NCBI RefSeq assembly: GCF_009914755.1
Contig: NC_060930.1
Length of the DNA stretch: 64,000 nt
Direction: 5' to 3' (one strand)
DNA from: the human T2T-CHM13v2.0 reference genome, Homo sapiens
A program made the translations under genes and the position numbers. This document shows positions 11,524 to 39,725 of this stretch, piece by piece. Within the stretch, counting starts at the first letter, position 1, and every line of letters starts with the position of its first letter. The notes below the pieces were generated by a model. The model ran no database searches. It worked only from the letters and a program-made list of their open reading frames with translations, and had not been told where the DNA came from.

Positions 11524-11935
11524 TGTATTAGGATTCTCTAGAGGGAAAGAACTAATAGAATAGATGTATATATAAAGGGGAGTTGATTAAGGAGTATTGA
11601 TTCACACGATCACAAAGTGAGGTCCCACAATGGCTATCTGCAAGCCAGGGAGCAAGGAAGCTAGGCCAAGCCCCAAAGCTGAAGAACTTGGGGTCTGATG
11701 TTGGAGGGCAGGAAGCATTCAACACGGGAGAAAGATGTAGGCCAGAAGACTAAACCAGACTAGTCTTTCCATGTTCTTCTGCCTGCTTTTATTCTGGCTG
11801 TGCTGGCAGCTGATTAGACTGTGCCCACCCAGATTGAAGGTGGGTCTGCCTTTCTCAATCCACTGGGAAACACCTTCACAGACCATGCCTAGGAACAATA
11901 CTTTTCATCCTTTAATCCAAACAAGTTGAAACTCA
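11524..11935 (-). mobile_element. MLT2A (HERV-L) solo LTR
   Basis: tgtattagg..ctctagaggga..gaactaatag...gctgaagaacttgg..tctgatgttggagggcaggaagc...caagttga matches the recalled MLT2A consensus. Confidence 0.85.
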
Positions 11936-12429
11936 GGTAAGATGGATCCGTATACTATCCTTTCTGCAAACTGCCTCTGGAGATGTGAATGGATAACTTA
12001 GACTGAGTCCCAGCTGTACTAAAGGGTGGATCTGAGCCTATTAGGAGCACTAACCAGTGACCTACCTGTTGGTGTTAAGACCCTGGACCCATGACTATTA
12101 CCTTTGCCAAATACAGAGTTCCTGGCAGTATAAGAGACTCTGCATAACATTACAGAATATGTGGGTCTTTGAATTCACGTGCTTTACAAGTTGTATATTA
12201 TTAGTTTGGTTTTTTCCCTGTTATCTAGTATTAGTTTGAGTCTTCCTTCTTGATTAAACTTATTTTAGGTTGTGGTAGTCAGCATGCTTGCAAGGAAAGA
12301 AGTTGTTGCCAGCCTGCTAGAACATGCAATGAAAAGTGTTCCTTACAACCCTCAAAGTAAACTAGGTTCCATTATGAGCATGGATGTTTCTATTAGACAA
12401 GAAAATTCACATTTAAATCCCTTCCTTTA

Positions 12430-12725
12430 GGCTGGGCGTGGTGGCTCACGCCTCTAATCCCAGCACTTTGGGAGGCTGAGGCAAGCGGATCACCTGAGGT
12501 CAGGAGTTTGAGACTAGCCTGGACAACATGATGAAACCTGGTCTCTACTAAAAATACAAAAATTAGCCCGGCATGGTGGCGCTTGCCTGTAATCTCAGCT
12601 ACTCAGGAGGCTGAGGCAGGAGAATCGCTTGAACCCAGGAGGCGGAGATTGCGGTGAGCTGAGATCGTGCCATTGCACTCCAGAGCCTGGGCCACAAGAG
12701 CGAAATTCCGTCAAAAAAAAAAAAA
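12430..12725 (+). mobile_element. AluS
   Basis: Full-length Alu dimer with A tail. Confidence 0.92.
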
Positions 12726-13252
12726 GCCTTCCTTCCTGAAGAGAGTCACTGCAAAAAAAATGACTCCAAGGTTTCTAAAATGAGGGCTGAGGGACAACAA
12801 AACTAGTAAGTGAGACAGAAAATACTGGAAGATGAAAGTTGAGAGAGAAGTGTTTGAATAGGCTAAAATAATTTCACAGCTTCTTCCTATCCATACAGAT
12901 ATAAGAGTTCTTCCCTTGTGGGGGGCTTTGCTTCTTGAGCCTGATCACCCCATCTTGTCAGAGATCATCTCTACTTCCTCCCTTTTGATCCGGTTTCCAT
13001 TCTTTTCTCCCCACTCGTAAAGTTTCAAGCTGCTTCTTACTTCTTTCATCACTCTGCCTGGTGTTAAGATACTGGTTGCCCTTTGTCCATACTTCGTTTA
13101 TGGACTGTGCCTAACTCCATTCATTGCATGCATACCTTTGAACTGTGGAATCCCAGAACAAGAAGAGCCCTAGATTTCCTAGTCACCAGGAAGAGAATAT
13201 CTTTACTTATCTTCTAAGGCCTCAGGTCTTCAGGAGATCTCAGATCTCTAGG

Positions 13253-13475
13253 ATAGTGTTTTTCAATCAGTGTTAATTTTGCTCCCCTGGGGACATTTAG
13301 CAATGCCTGGAGATGTTTTTGATTGTCACAGCTGGGGCAGTAAGGAGGGTGCTACTGATGTCTGGTTGGGAAAGGCCAGGGATATTACTAAACACCTTAC
13401 AATGCACAGAACAGCCCCCAACAACAAGGGATTATTTGGTCTAAAAAGCCAATAGTGCTGAAGTTGAGAAACCCA
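13253..13475. mobile_element. MER20 DNA transposon (hAT-Charlie)
   Basis: tttgctcccctggggacatttagcaatgcctggaga...acaatgcacagaacagccccca...gttgagaaaccc. Confidence 0.85.
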
Positions 13476-13479
13476 GCTC

Positions 13480-13780
13480 AGCCAGGCACTGCAGTTCACA
13501 CCTGTAATCGCAGAACTTTGGGAGGCCAAGGTGGAAGTATTGCTTAAGCCCAGGAGTTCAAGACCAGCATGGGCAACATAGGGAAACCCTGTCTAAAAAA
13601 AAATTTTAAAGTAGCTGGGTGAGGTGGCACAGGCCTGTGGTGCTAGCTACTCAGGAGGCTGAGGTGGGAGGATCATCTGATCCCAGGATGTTGAGGCTGC
13701 AGTAAGCTGTCATCATGCCACTACACTTCAGCTGGGGCAACACAGTGAGATCCTGTCTCAAAAAACAAAAACAGAAAAAG
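13480..13780 (+). mobile_element. AluJ
   Basis: Diverged Alu dimer. Confidence 0.88.
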
Positions 13781-14186
13781 AGAAACTTGGCTGTAGAATA
13801 CTAAGCAAGTTAGGTTTTTTCACTTCAAGTCCCTACAAACTGGCACTTCCCCTCACTGGGATTGCAAACTCCTCTCTTCCAGATAACAAGAAGACATCTG
13901 CTTTCATTAACAAAGGGTTCATGAGGTTCATGCTCAATCTACTTCCAGCTGCCAAAGATCATGAAGTAACCAAGGAGTTCCTTAGCCTGGTCTTGCTGCT
14001 CCTCTCCACAGTCTGATCCCTCCCTCTATTGGTAAGCATTGCAAATGCAGCTTAAAGGACAGAATTCCCCAATCCCTACTATAAATATGTGGAGGGTGGC
14101 ATGGGAATTGGGGTACTGTATTCAACAGGCTATCTTCTATCTCCTCAGCTTCCAAGAACAAAAATCTGTTGGAGACACAATAGAAC

Positions 14187-14551
<365 letters not shown>

Positions 14552-14739
14552 TCAGGTACAGTATAAAATCATGCATTTTTCATAAAGACAGAATGAAAAC
14601 CTACTATTATCAAGTATAACTTGTCTGCGTAACTTCAGAATTTTAGAAGCCATATTGGGAGCTCAAAGCATAAATTCAAGTACATTTATTAGCTGTGGAA
14701 TCTTGGGCAAGTAATTCTGGAAGCATTAGTTCCTTCATT

Positions 14740-14744
<5 letters not shown>

Positions 14745-14798
<54 letters not shown>
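14745..14798. repeat. (TA)n microsatellite
   Basis: Pure TA run of about 27 units. Confidence 0.97.
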
Positions 14799-14802
<4 letters not shown>

Positions 14803-15434
14803 GCTGTATAACAGTAACTACCCTATATGGTTTAGTGAGACGCTAAGTAAACTATTGTGCATGAATCATTAAGAACAGTGTTTGGAATTCAATAAATGGC
14901 AGATATAATGAGTATGAAGTTATCAGGACACACTAAGCTCTGGTCCTATAGATAGGTAGCATCTGTCACCCTCTTGCTTTGCATTAGGTGGGGAAAAGAA
15001 GCAGCCGCATTGCCTCTCCTCTGATCTGCTCAAAAACTACCCTAAGCCACTGAAGCACAAAACTGGCTGTGTCTCTACTAAAAAAAAAAAAAAGTCTTTA
15101 GTGGTTACTATTGACAACCCCATCAGAGGTCAGATTAGTGGCCTACACCACTTTATAGTTCTGACTGCTAACCGGGAGATTGAATGGATTGACTAGCTCC
15201 TAGTTTCAAGTCTGGGAAGAACCCATTACATACATCAATGACCTGGTAGGAATCATTGATGGTAGGAGTCATTCCTGGTAGGAATCCCCCACCAACTCTG
15301 GATGGGCTTGACTTCATGACTGTATTCAACACAATCTACCTGTCATGGGATGAGGCCCAGGCACTTGTCTAATTCAGAACCCACTGTAACACAGAAAGAG
15401 AAAGGTGGGGAACAGAGACAAATCTTTGTTTTTA

Positions 15435-15926
<492 letters not shown>

Positions 15927-16194
15927 TTACATATTCTTTTTTGTATGTGTATTTCACAATTGAGTTGAAAATATACCACATCACTAATACTCTTCATTAC
16001 ACAAAGGATTATATTTTTCTAAGGAAAAGCTGGGGTATCAATAACTCAGTCTCTCAAAAGAATTAGACTTCAAATATGAGAAAGTTTCAAGTAATATTTT
16101 AACCTATGTATTCTGCTTATATTTTTCTTTTTGTACATGCCCAGGACTGATATATAATAAAAATTAGTATTTAAATCCATAAAAATTATTTCAT

Positions 16195-16452
16195 TTATTT
16201 ACTTATTTTTTTCTTTTTAGTGACAGAGACTTGTTCCATTGCCCAGATTGGAGTGCATTGGCATGATCATAGGTCACTGCAGCCTCAAATTCCTAGGCTC
16301 AAGTGATCCTCCAGCCTCAGCATCCTGAGTAGCTGAGATTACAGGAGTGTGCCACCATGTCCAGTTAATTTTTTTTTTTTTGATCATGCTATTTTGCCCT
16401 CGGCCTCCCAAGTGGTGGGGTTACAGAGAGGCATGAGCTACTGTGTTTGGCC
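16195..16452 (-). mobile_element. AluJ with internal deletion
   Basis: Diverged reverse-complement Alu with part of the left arm missing. Confidence 0.8.
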
Positions 16453-17806
16453 AAATTTCAGTAAATATATATTAAAAATTCTAGGTCATAATAAAAAGGA
16501 AAGAAAGTTTCTTATGCGTGTTGGTGTTGGCTCCCTTAACCATCACCCTAATACTGATCCAGTTAGTCTTATATAGCCAAGATCACTGCCTCCAGTTGGC
16601 CTTAAGGGTCATTCTACATTCTCTCCTAATAGAATCTTGACTAGAAAACCTCTGCTATCCTTCTTTTTTTGTGGGAGTTGGCCACAGTAGTCTCTGAGGC
16701 TTGGAGGCACTACTTCCTCTCATGAAGCTGAAGTTTCAGGGAGTAGCAGGTACAAATACCCTTTGACCAGAAATTCCACCTCAACCAGCAGATGCAATAA
16801 AAATCATTCATAAGTGAATGTGTAGAAAATTAATTAACTCTGAATATATTTAGTATATAAGTGTTATATTTGACATTCATAATATATTTAAAAATTAATT
16901 GTAGGATACATTTCTGAAATCTTGCAGAAAAACCACTCTTGTAAATGATTTTTATGATTGTAATAGAATGCTATCATGAGCGTAACCTCTTCACACACAG
17001 TGACGTTGACAGAATTGCTGACATTCATTTAGCTCTTCATTTACTTAAAAAGAATAATTAACATATTCTAATCACTGCAAAAACCTGTTCACTGACCCAA
17101 GATAATTTAAAAGCTTTCTTACCTTCCTAATTTTAGCAAATTCCTTTAGGGGTTATTTTTTAATCCCTCCAACAATTCATAGGTAGTTGGATGAATGAAC
17201 AAATGAATCACTCTGTCAATCAACAGATTTTATTTATGGCTCCTATAGAAGAACAATAGCCTCATGGAGCAAATCAAACTGACAACTGACTACTTAAGAG
17301 ACATTAAATGAGACAGCGTACCCGAAAGCACCTTAAAATGATGTTTGCAATGTCATAATAATTTAAGTAAAGTTATTAGAATTTCTATTTAAATGCAGGG
17401 CACCTCTCAGTTTCTTATTGTAACATATGTAAAGTATGGAAATTATAAAGAAATAATATTCAGAAGAAAAATTCTTGCCATTAAATAACACTCAAAAAAA
17501 AACCTGTTTTATGAATAAGTAAAGTCCAACAGTTCTTGGAACTAATTATTATTTTAACAGATTTTCCTAGGTTTGTTTTCTGCACATTTTTTTACATAGG
17601 TGAGCTCTTACTGTATGTATGACATTCTGCCTTTATGACTTTATATCATAAAGTATACTTTCCTCATAAGCACTAAAAGGTATTTAAAATATAATTTTAT
17701 GGCTCCCTAATACATTTTGTACTTTTTAATTTACAATTTGCCTATTGTCAAATAATAGTATTATTCAAGGTTTTGGGGTTTTGTTTTTTTTTTTAAGTAT
17801 TGTAAC

Positions 17807-18269
17807 TGTACCAGGACAAGCTGCAGACAAAACCCCTCAGACACCGAGTTAAAGAAGGAAGAGCTTTATTTGGCCGGGAGCTTCGGCAAGACCCACGTCT
17901 CCAACAACCGAGCTCCCCGAGTGAGCAATTCCTGTCCCTTTCAAGGGCTCACAACTCTAAGGGGGTCCGCGTGAGAGGATCGTGATTGATTGAGCAAGCA
18001 GGAGCTACGTGACTGAGGGCTGAATGCACCGGTAATTAGAACGGAACAGAACAGGACAGGCATTTTCACAGTGCTTTTCTATACAGTGTCTGTAATCTAT
18101 AGATAACACAACTGATTAGATCAGGGGTCGATCTTTAACTACCAGGCCCAGGGTGTGGCACCGGGCTATCTGCTTGTGGATTTCATTTCTGCCTTTTAGT
18201 TTTTACTTCTACTTTCTTTGGAGGCAGAAATTGGACATAAGACAATATGAGGCGTGGTCTCCTCCCTTA
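17807..18269 (-). mobile_element. LTR2-family (HERV-E) solo LTR
   Basis: The minus strand begins TAAGGGAGGAGACCAC and ends GTCCTGGTACA. 4-bp TSD TAAC at 17803-17806 and 18270-18273. Confidence 0.9.
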
Positions 18270-18339
18270 TAACCAAAGCTATATTAAACATTTGGATGTT
18301 AATCTTTGCATTTATTATTTCTTAACATTGATTTACAGG

Positions 18340-19400
18340 AGTGTTATTAAAGGATGAAATTGTGCAGTGAATATCGGTTGATTTTTCCTGACTCGCTTCC
18401 ATTTCCCCTTCTTTTGGTGGTAACATCTTACTTTGGAGAATCACACTGTATCCCAAGGAGCTTGGATAAAGCTGACTCCGTCCCTGGCTTCAAGGCTTGT
18501 GCAGGACCCCAGCGTGGGCAGTCAGGGCATTCTACCCCCCTGGCTGCAGTGGCTGGTTCGGGACTGAATATGAGACCTAACTCAGGCAACGAGGCTCACT
18601 CTTGGGCTTTTCCAGGAAAAGCCATTCCCTTTCGTTAGGGTTGGCTATCTGATATCAGCCTGTGAAAGGAAAATAAACCTTGGGGCCCCGAAATCACTAA
18701 GCCAAGGGAAAAGTCAAGCTGGGAACTACAATCACGCAAACCTTCTTCCCATATTAATTCCTAAATAAGATAACTACAAAGGTAAAAGAGCTACATACCT
18801 CCCTCACAATTTGCCCAGAAGGAAATTTCTTGTGGCCTCAAAATCTTTACCCTGAATCAGCTGCGTTGAATTTCACTCCCCACCCCAACCCCCCGCATCC
18901 CCCACCGCATACCTTCACAGGTGCAGGACAGAAAGTCCTCCCTCTGCTCACCTGAGACAAATGCATATCTGATTGCCTCCTCTGCTCTATTGTTTATGTA
19001 AAAATACAGACTCACTGAGCCAGAATAAATTGTGTAGTCAGTAAAAGGCTCATCAAGGACTCAGAAGAATGCAACCTTTTGTCTCTTATCTACCTATGAC
19101 CTGGAAGTCTCCCCCACCACCACCTTGGGAACATGATCCTCAGAACCTCCTTAACCTTGGCAAAATAAACTTTCTACATTGATTGAAACCTGTTATTTTG
19201 GGTTGACCAGCCCAGCTTTCCAGCAATCACTGAGAGAGCTTGCCTTGGTATGAAGCTAACACAGAGGAGAGATGGAAGCTAGAGATGAAAAGGGGCAGAT
19301 TCCTAACAATATAATTTCAGTAACAGAATCTATCCTGATGTAATCCACAAGAAATAATTCCCTGTTTAGCCTAAGCTAGTATGGAGTGGAGGTTTCTATC
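18340..19400. mobile_element. Old ERVL LTR (LTR16-like) interrupted by a MER4 LTR
   Basis: ccatttccccttcttttggt...gctgactcc on the left and gagagcttgcct...gaagctaacacagagg...attccctgtttagcctaagctagt on the right of the MER4 insertion. Confidence 0.5.
18661..19208 (+). mobile_element. MER4-family solo LTR (ERV1)
   Basis: Starts tgtgaaaggaaaataaaccttggggccccgaaatcactaagc..gggaaaagtcaagctgggaact; AATAAA near the 3' end; TSD AGCC. Confidence 0.85.
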
Positions 19401-19462
19401 ATGTGCATCCTTCAGAGACTAGATTGATAAAAAGAGTGTATGCGGGTTTAAGACTAATGCTT

Positions 19463-19600
19463 GGCTGGGCACAGTGGCTCACGCCTGTAATCCCAGAACT
19501 TTGGGAGACCGAGGCAGGAAGATTGTTGGAGCCTAGGAGTTCAAGAACAGCCTGAGCAACACAGCAAGACCCTGTCTCAAAAACATACATACATACAGAA
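19463..19600 (+). mobile_element. FLAM/Alu monomer
   Basis: Single Alu arm with an (ACAT)n tail. Confidence 0.85.
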
Positions 19601-20665
19601 GACTGAGGCTTTATTACTAACACTTTCAAAAAATTGTCATTTATAAACATGGCTGCATTGAATAAGGGTATCATCACACCCTTATCAGTGTTATATATTG
19701 CTATTTTGAAATCTCTACTTATTTCTATGAACCTATGGATTATAAAAAAGAAAAAAATTATACTAATTTTATAGAAAAATGTGATTTCACTTTAATCTGT
19801 ATTTCTTAAATAACTAGTGGTAATAATGTTTTTAATGGGCTAGCCATTTTGATTTTGTTAATATATTTTGTTCATTATCTATTGTTGTTATTAATGTTGT
19901 TTCATGAAACCTGAATTAGTTTTCTACTAGGTATTTTTTAGATTTTATTTTCCATTTGTGTTACAAATATTTTTTAAATTTATTATTTGACTTCTCTGTA
20001 AGTAAGATCTATTTTTTCTCCCCTAGGGAAATTTCTTCAATTCACACTTGAGGAGGAGAGATCTGATAAGAAAAGGAAGTATGTTCAATCTATATTCTTA
20101 TTCAACTTAGTAGAAAACATAAGTTTTAGTTTACAGAACAATAAGCATGACATCTTTGAATATTCTTAGTGGTATTTTTAACAAAAGAAACATTGATATT
20201 GTACATGTTCATGATAATCTAACCATTTCCCATGCCTCATATGCTTTCTAGAAGGAATTTATCAGAAGCAATAACGGAATTCTCAAAGGAAGACTGTTTA
20301 AATGATGAAAAGTCTATTAACACTATTTTTATTAAGTCTTTAAAATTATAGCAACAAGGATCATAAACCTTTATAAAAGTCAAAGACAGTGAGTGCCATC
20401 AGAATGAGAACTTAATTGAACCCTCTTAGCTCATTTTATCTAAGCTACTCATACGCAATGAGTTCTCCAAAAATACAATATTATCTAATATGTGTATGCC
20501 ACACTACTCAAGAAGAGAGATGAACTATTTAATAGAAGTTATTATCATCTTTGTGGAAGTGGGTGAAATGGCTTTTCAGCAAACACTTTTGACTTTCTTT
20601 AGAAAAAGTAGCAGCTTCAATATTTGGCTATACATATTATATCTTTTGACAGGAGGATATAATCT

Positions 20666-20968
<303 letters not shown>

Positions 20969-21469
20969 ACTGGGCTATCAGTCTTTTAAGGTCAGAGACC
21001 CCATAGTATCCAATCCTGTGTCCTGAGTTTAGTGCAGTACCTGGACCCTGGTGGGTAGCAACAATTACTTATCTAAATGAATGAATGAGGCCAGCTCTTT
21101 ATTGGTTGTGTAGGGAAATATAGTATGTCTATTATACTGAATTATAGTTCTGTATCATTTTGGCATCAATATTAATAATGATTATAAAAATAATAAAATC
21201 TAACAAGTTAACTTTTGAGTTGTTATTATGTGACGAGCAATTTCCTTACAGCAAACCCAAGGTAAATAATGTTATGTCCTCCTTTTTACAGTTGAGAAAA
21301 CTAAAAAAATTGAACAACTATGAAAAAAAACAAGGACCTTCCACAGGAGACCCCTTCCTCCTTTTTGGCTACTTATCCAAGCGACTTGTTCAAGGCCACA
21401 TTGCAATTTTACAAGACAGCCAGGATTAGAACCCAGTTTTCCAGATTGTCATGTGAAAAGTTTCACTTT

Positions 21470-23015
<1,546 letters not shown>

Positions 23016-23236
23016 TTTTCCTCAATACCAGAGAAACTTTGGTGTGCTTCAGAATCACCTGCAGAGCTTTTAAAAAATACAGATCCCTGACTACTCCCAT
23101 CCCACAACTCACATTCAGTGTATCTCTGGTGGATTCCAGTCATCTGCATTTAAAATAAATTCACCAATTAAATATCATATTCTGCCAACTTTTGGACCAC
23201 TATTCCATAGTAAATGGCCTATTAAAAAGTGAGAGG

Positions 23237-23516
23237 GGCCGGGCACGGTGGCTCACACCTGTAATCTCAGCACTTTGGGAGGCCTAGGCGGGTGGATCAC
23301 GAGGTCAGGAGATCGAGACCATCTTGGCTAACATGGTGAAACCCCGTCTCAACTAAAAATACAAAAAATTAGCCAGGCTTGGTGGCGGATGCCTGTAGTC
23401 CCAGTTACTCAGGAGGCTGAGGCAGGAGAATGGTGTGAACCCAGGAGGCGGAGCTTGCAGTGAGCCGAGGTTGCACCACCGCACTCCAGCCTGGGTGATA
23501 GAGCGAGACTCCGTCT

Positions 23517-23547
<31 letters not shown>
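23237..23547 (+). mobile_element. AluY
   Basis: Y-type text, long pure A tail, TSD aaaagtgagaggg. Confidence 0.93.
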
Positions 23548-23550
<3 letters not shown>

Positions 23551-23818
23551 GAGAGGGATTCCAATGACCCATTGCAAGTAAAAGGCTTTGTAAAAAAAAT
23601 GTTTAGACCAAGATTTTAATAGTAACAATGTTTTTCATTGTGCAGCAGGGGCTGCCGTCCCATCATCACAGTTTGTGCCAACCCATGGGAGGCTTGGCAC
23701 GTATACACACGTAAAATTGTAAGCCTGAAGTCTTTAGTTTTTATCCCATTTGGTTTTTAAGGGAAATCAAGGTTGAGAATAAGACCTCACACCTTGGAAA
23801 CATAGAAAGTAAATTTAT

Positions 23819-24125
23819 GGCCGGGCGCAGTGGCTCATGCCTGTAATCCCAGCACTTTGGTAGGCCGAGGCGGGCAGATGACAAGGTCGGGAGTCCGAGA
23901 TCAGCCTGGCCAACAGGGTGAAATCCTGTCTCTACTAAAAATACAAAAATTAGCCAGGCATGGTGGCGCACACCTGTAGTCCCAGCTACTCAGGAGTCTG
24001 AGGCAGAAGAATCACTTGAACCCAGGGGGTAGAAGTTGCAGTGAGCCGAGATTGCTCCACTGTACTCCAGCCTGGGTGACAGAGCAAGACTCCGTCTCAA
24101 AAAAAAAAAAAAAAAAAAAAAAAAA
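23819..24125 (+). mobile_element. AluS
   Basis: Full Alu; TSD agtaaatttat. Confidence 0.92.
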
Positions 24126-24596
24126 GAGTAAATTTATGTACATGTTACATTAGAATGACACTGTGGACATATTTTTCTTCTTAAATATATGACTGCTAAC
24201 TTTCTGAAATGTTTATTATCAATCTTAAAGCTTTGGAAATTAGCACAGTAAAACCAGCAACCACCTTTAAAAAGGTCAATTACACTCTTGAAAATTTCAG
24301 TAAATAGGAAGGTTAGATAACCTGAGAAAAGCAGGCATAGAGTGAAAAAACTGTTTTCTCTCCACTGGCATTGGTTTTCAAAATGATAGTCTATCAAATT
24401 GTGCGTTATCTGGGTAAAAATGTAACCTTTTAAAACAGGTTGCATTGTAATATGATTTTGTGTTTGTGAACCTGAAAGAAAAACTTTTCTAGATGATGAA
24501 CCTAATTTACCATGTGGGAAATGATTTTAAAATAGGAAAAGAAATCCACTAAGAGGCCCTCTCTTTCTGTGAACATGAGCCTTAAGTTTCCTATAA

Positions 24597-25199
<603 letters not shown>

Positions 25200-26099
25200 T
25201 CAGGCCTAAAACTATGACACTATGAAATACACTATTTGGGCTTCTAGAGGTAATAACTATAGGACATAATTATTTTAAATATTGTAAAGAAAATTAAATA
25301 ACTTTGGTGTAAATGTTTATATTTCTCATACAAAACACATTCATTTCTTGATAAATTTAATACCAGTGTATACAACTTTTATAGAGTTAAGATCAGGCAG
25401 TAACTTTTTCTTTAATAATGCTTTTTTTCCTGTGTTGGGAGTATCACTTACTAAAAATATCCTAAAAGCATATTTACACACACATACACAGACCCATATC
25501 CACATATATACTTATAAGTGTCAACTAACTCGTAGTAATTAATCATGTAGTACATGTAATTAAGAGCCCGGCTTAGGAATCAATCAGGCCAGGGGTTATC
25601 TTTTAGTATGTGTCTCCCTCCCTATAATGTCTGTTTGCTCATCTACTAAATGGATAGGTAATACTTATCTCATTGGATTATTATGAGAATTAAAGAAGAC
25701 AGTACATTAACATTGTGAAAAAGAAACAAAGATTAAATATTCATGTAGCATGTATAGCAATCTTTCTTTCTAGTTGTCATTGGCAACTGCTTGTCATCAT
25801 CTAATAATGTCAGGACTGTAGTGTGTCAAGTACTTCATAATACCACTTAGGTACAATTAGCAGACAACTGATCAATGCTTTTTTTGGTAAAAATAATTTT
25901 TATGACCAATTCTTGTCTTGAAAAAAATAACATGATCATTTTTAGGATGAAACAGGGTTCTCCTTTAAATGCTGTGTTTCTAAGACACTCTGTTAGCTCA
26001 TGGTTGGCAATAGATTTTCTCTGCTGAAAACTAAACTAAAATTTAGCTTTTTTTTTTTCATTTTAAGACAACTTTCATGGAAAAGGGCAATATTTTAAA

Positions 26100-37450
<11,351 letters not shown>

Positions 37451-37834
37451 AGAAAAGAGGGAGAGGGAATTTTTCAAAGCAAAAGTGAGTAGCAAGTCAG
37501 TGGCCAAAGAAGAACTCCAGCTTCTTGCTTGGAGTCTGGCTTTTTCCCTCCCAGAGACCAGGGGACAGGGTGAGGCAGGAGGGAAAGGCCATTATCAGAA
37601 AGGCCATTTGGACTGGGCCACCTGTTCAAGAAATGTCTCAAATGTTAAATTTTGATATCATTTCCAAATAAAATTATACATATAGTTAGGAGATAAACTG
37701 ACAATTTGAAAAGAAGAATACATTCCTCCAAAAACTTTAAAATAAGGCACTTGACAGTGAACTATTAGGTAATTTTTAATTTTTACAATACCTCCTATTT
37801 TCATATAAGTAGTAAAATAATATAGCTGCATGGG

Positions 37835-38214
37835 TGTATTAGTCTGTTTTCACACTGCTATAACGAACTGCCCAAGACTGGGTAATTTACAAAGGAAATA
37901 GGTTTAATTGATTCACAGTTCAACAAGGCTGGGGAAGCCTCAGGAAACTTACAATCATGGCAGAAGGCGAAGGGGAAGCAAGGCACCTTCATCATAAGGC
38001 AGCATGAAGGAGAAGCACCAAGCGAAGGAGGAAGAGCCCCATGCAAAACCATCAGATCTTGTGAGAACTCACTCACTATTACGAGAATAGCATGGGGGAA
38101 ACCACCCCCATCATTCAATTACCTCCACCTGGTCTCTCCTTGATACGTGGGGATTACAGGGATTATGGGGATCGCAATTCAAGATGGGTGGGGACACAAA
38201 GCCTAACCATATCA
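37835..38214 (-). mobile_element. THE1 (MaLR) solo LTR
   Basis: tgtattagtctgttttcacactgctata...gggacacaaagcctaaccatatca; TSD (a/g)tggg. Confidence 0.9.
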
Positions 38215-39072
38215 GTGGGTTTTTAAAATTAAAATTGTTTACTAGTTAAGTATTAAAGTACTCCATAAATTTTTAAATCTGGTTTTGGCATATCTTTATT
38301 TTTAAGTATATTGGAATACCTCCTGCCCACAGGCCCCACTCCCCTGGCTCAATAGAACTGACTCTGACTTCACCTCTGAGAGGCCAAGTTTATCAGGATT
38401 GCCTGTGCACAAAATCACCGAAATACTAAAATAAATAATAGGCTTTCCATAACCATTTCTTACATCTGAATCCAAAATTGCAGTTTTCATTGCCTAATTA
38501 AGGTCTAAAATGAAGATTGATTTTATGTCCTATCTGGTTTAGTGGTCAATTAACTAAAACGTCTGTTAAAACTGGCTACATTTTAGAATTAGTCTAAAAC
38601 ACAATATGCTGCCTTTCTATGGATGGGTGTAATCAAAAGGTCTGCTTCGCAACTCTACAGTCTTTTCCCCAGTGGGTAAACTGTTTCATAAAAGGCTAAG
38701 CTACTGAAAGCCAAGAATCACATCTCAGAGCTGCTCTTATGACCTCTATTAGAAATTTCTAAAATATTCTATCATCTATGGTAATCATAACTTGCTTTCT
38801 TTCACTTTCTTTAATATTTTAAATTTCAATATTTAAAATCCACTGTACTTCAAGAATGAACATAAAAGAACTACTAAAATTACTGCAGGGAAATCAGTTA
38901 CTGGAATGAATCCCACTCAATATCACACAAATCCGTAAGAGATTAAAAAGTCACCTGAACTTTCCAAACATATCAAGTCTACTATTTTGATTGGGAATTT
39001 TATAAAATGGGAAATATTGAATACCAACTGTCTCTGCTGTTTGCAACGTGTGTTAGAAGTTTAGTGAGAACA

Positions 39073-39409
<337 letters not shown>

Positions 39410-39585
39410 TCACCATTCAGGGCCAGGAAAATGGCAGGGTTTGGGGAGAGGAGGGGTCAAGTGTGAAACATAAAGGAAAACATTTTGAATATGAATAAAT
39501 CTGAACACTATACTATGTTGGAGTCAAGTTATTTCTGAAGTATTAAGATTGAATACATATTAACTTTAAAAGCATTTAAACATCC

Positions 39586-39725
39586 TTTTTTTTTTTTAAT
39601 ATTTAATAGTAGAAGTGGGGCCTCACTATGCTGCCCAGGCTGGTCTCTAACTTCTGGCCTCAAATGATCCTCCCACCACAGCCTCCCAAAGTGCTGGGAT
39701 TACAGGCATGAGCCACCACACCCAG
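39586..39725 (-). mobile_element. FLAM monomer
   Basis: Single reverse-complement Alu arm. Confidence 0.85.
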
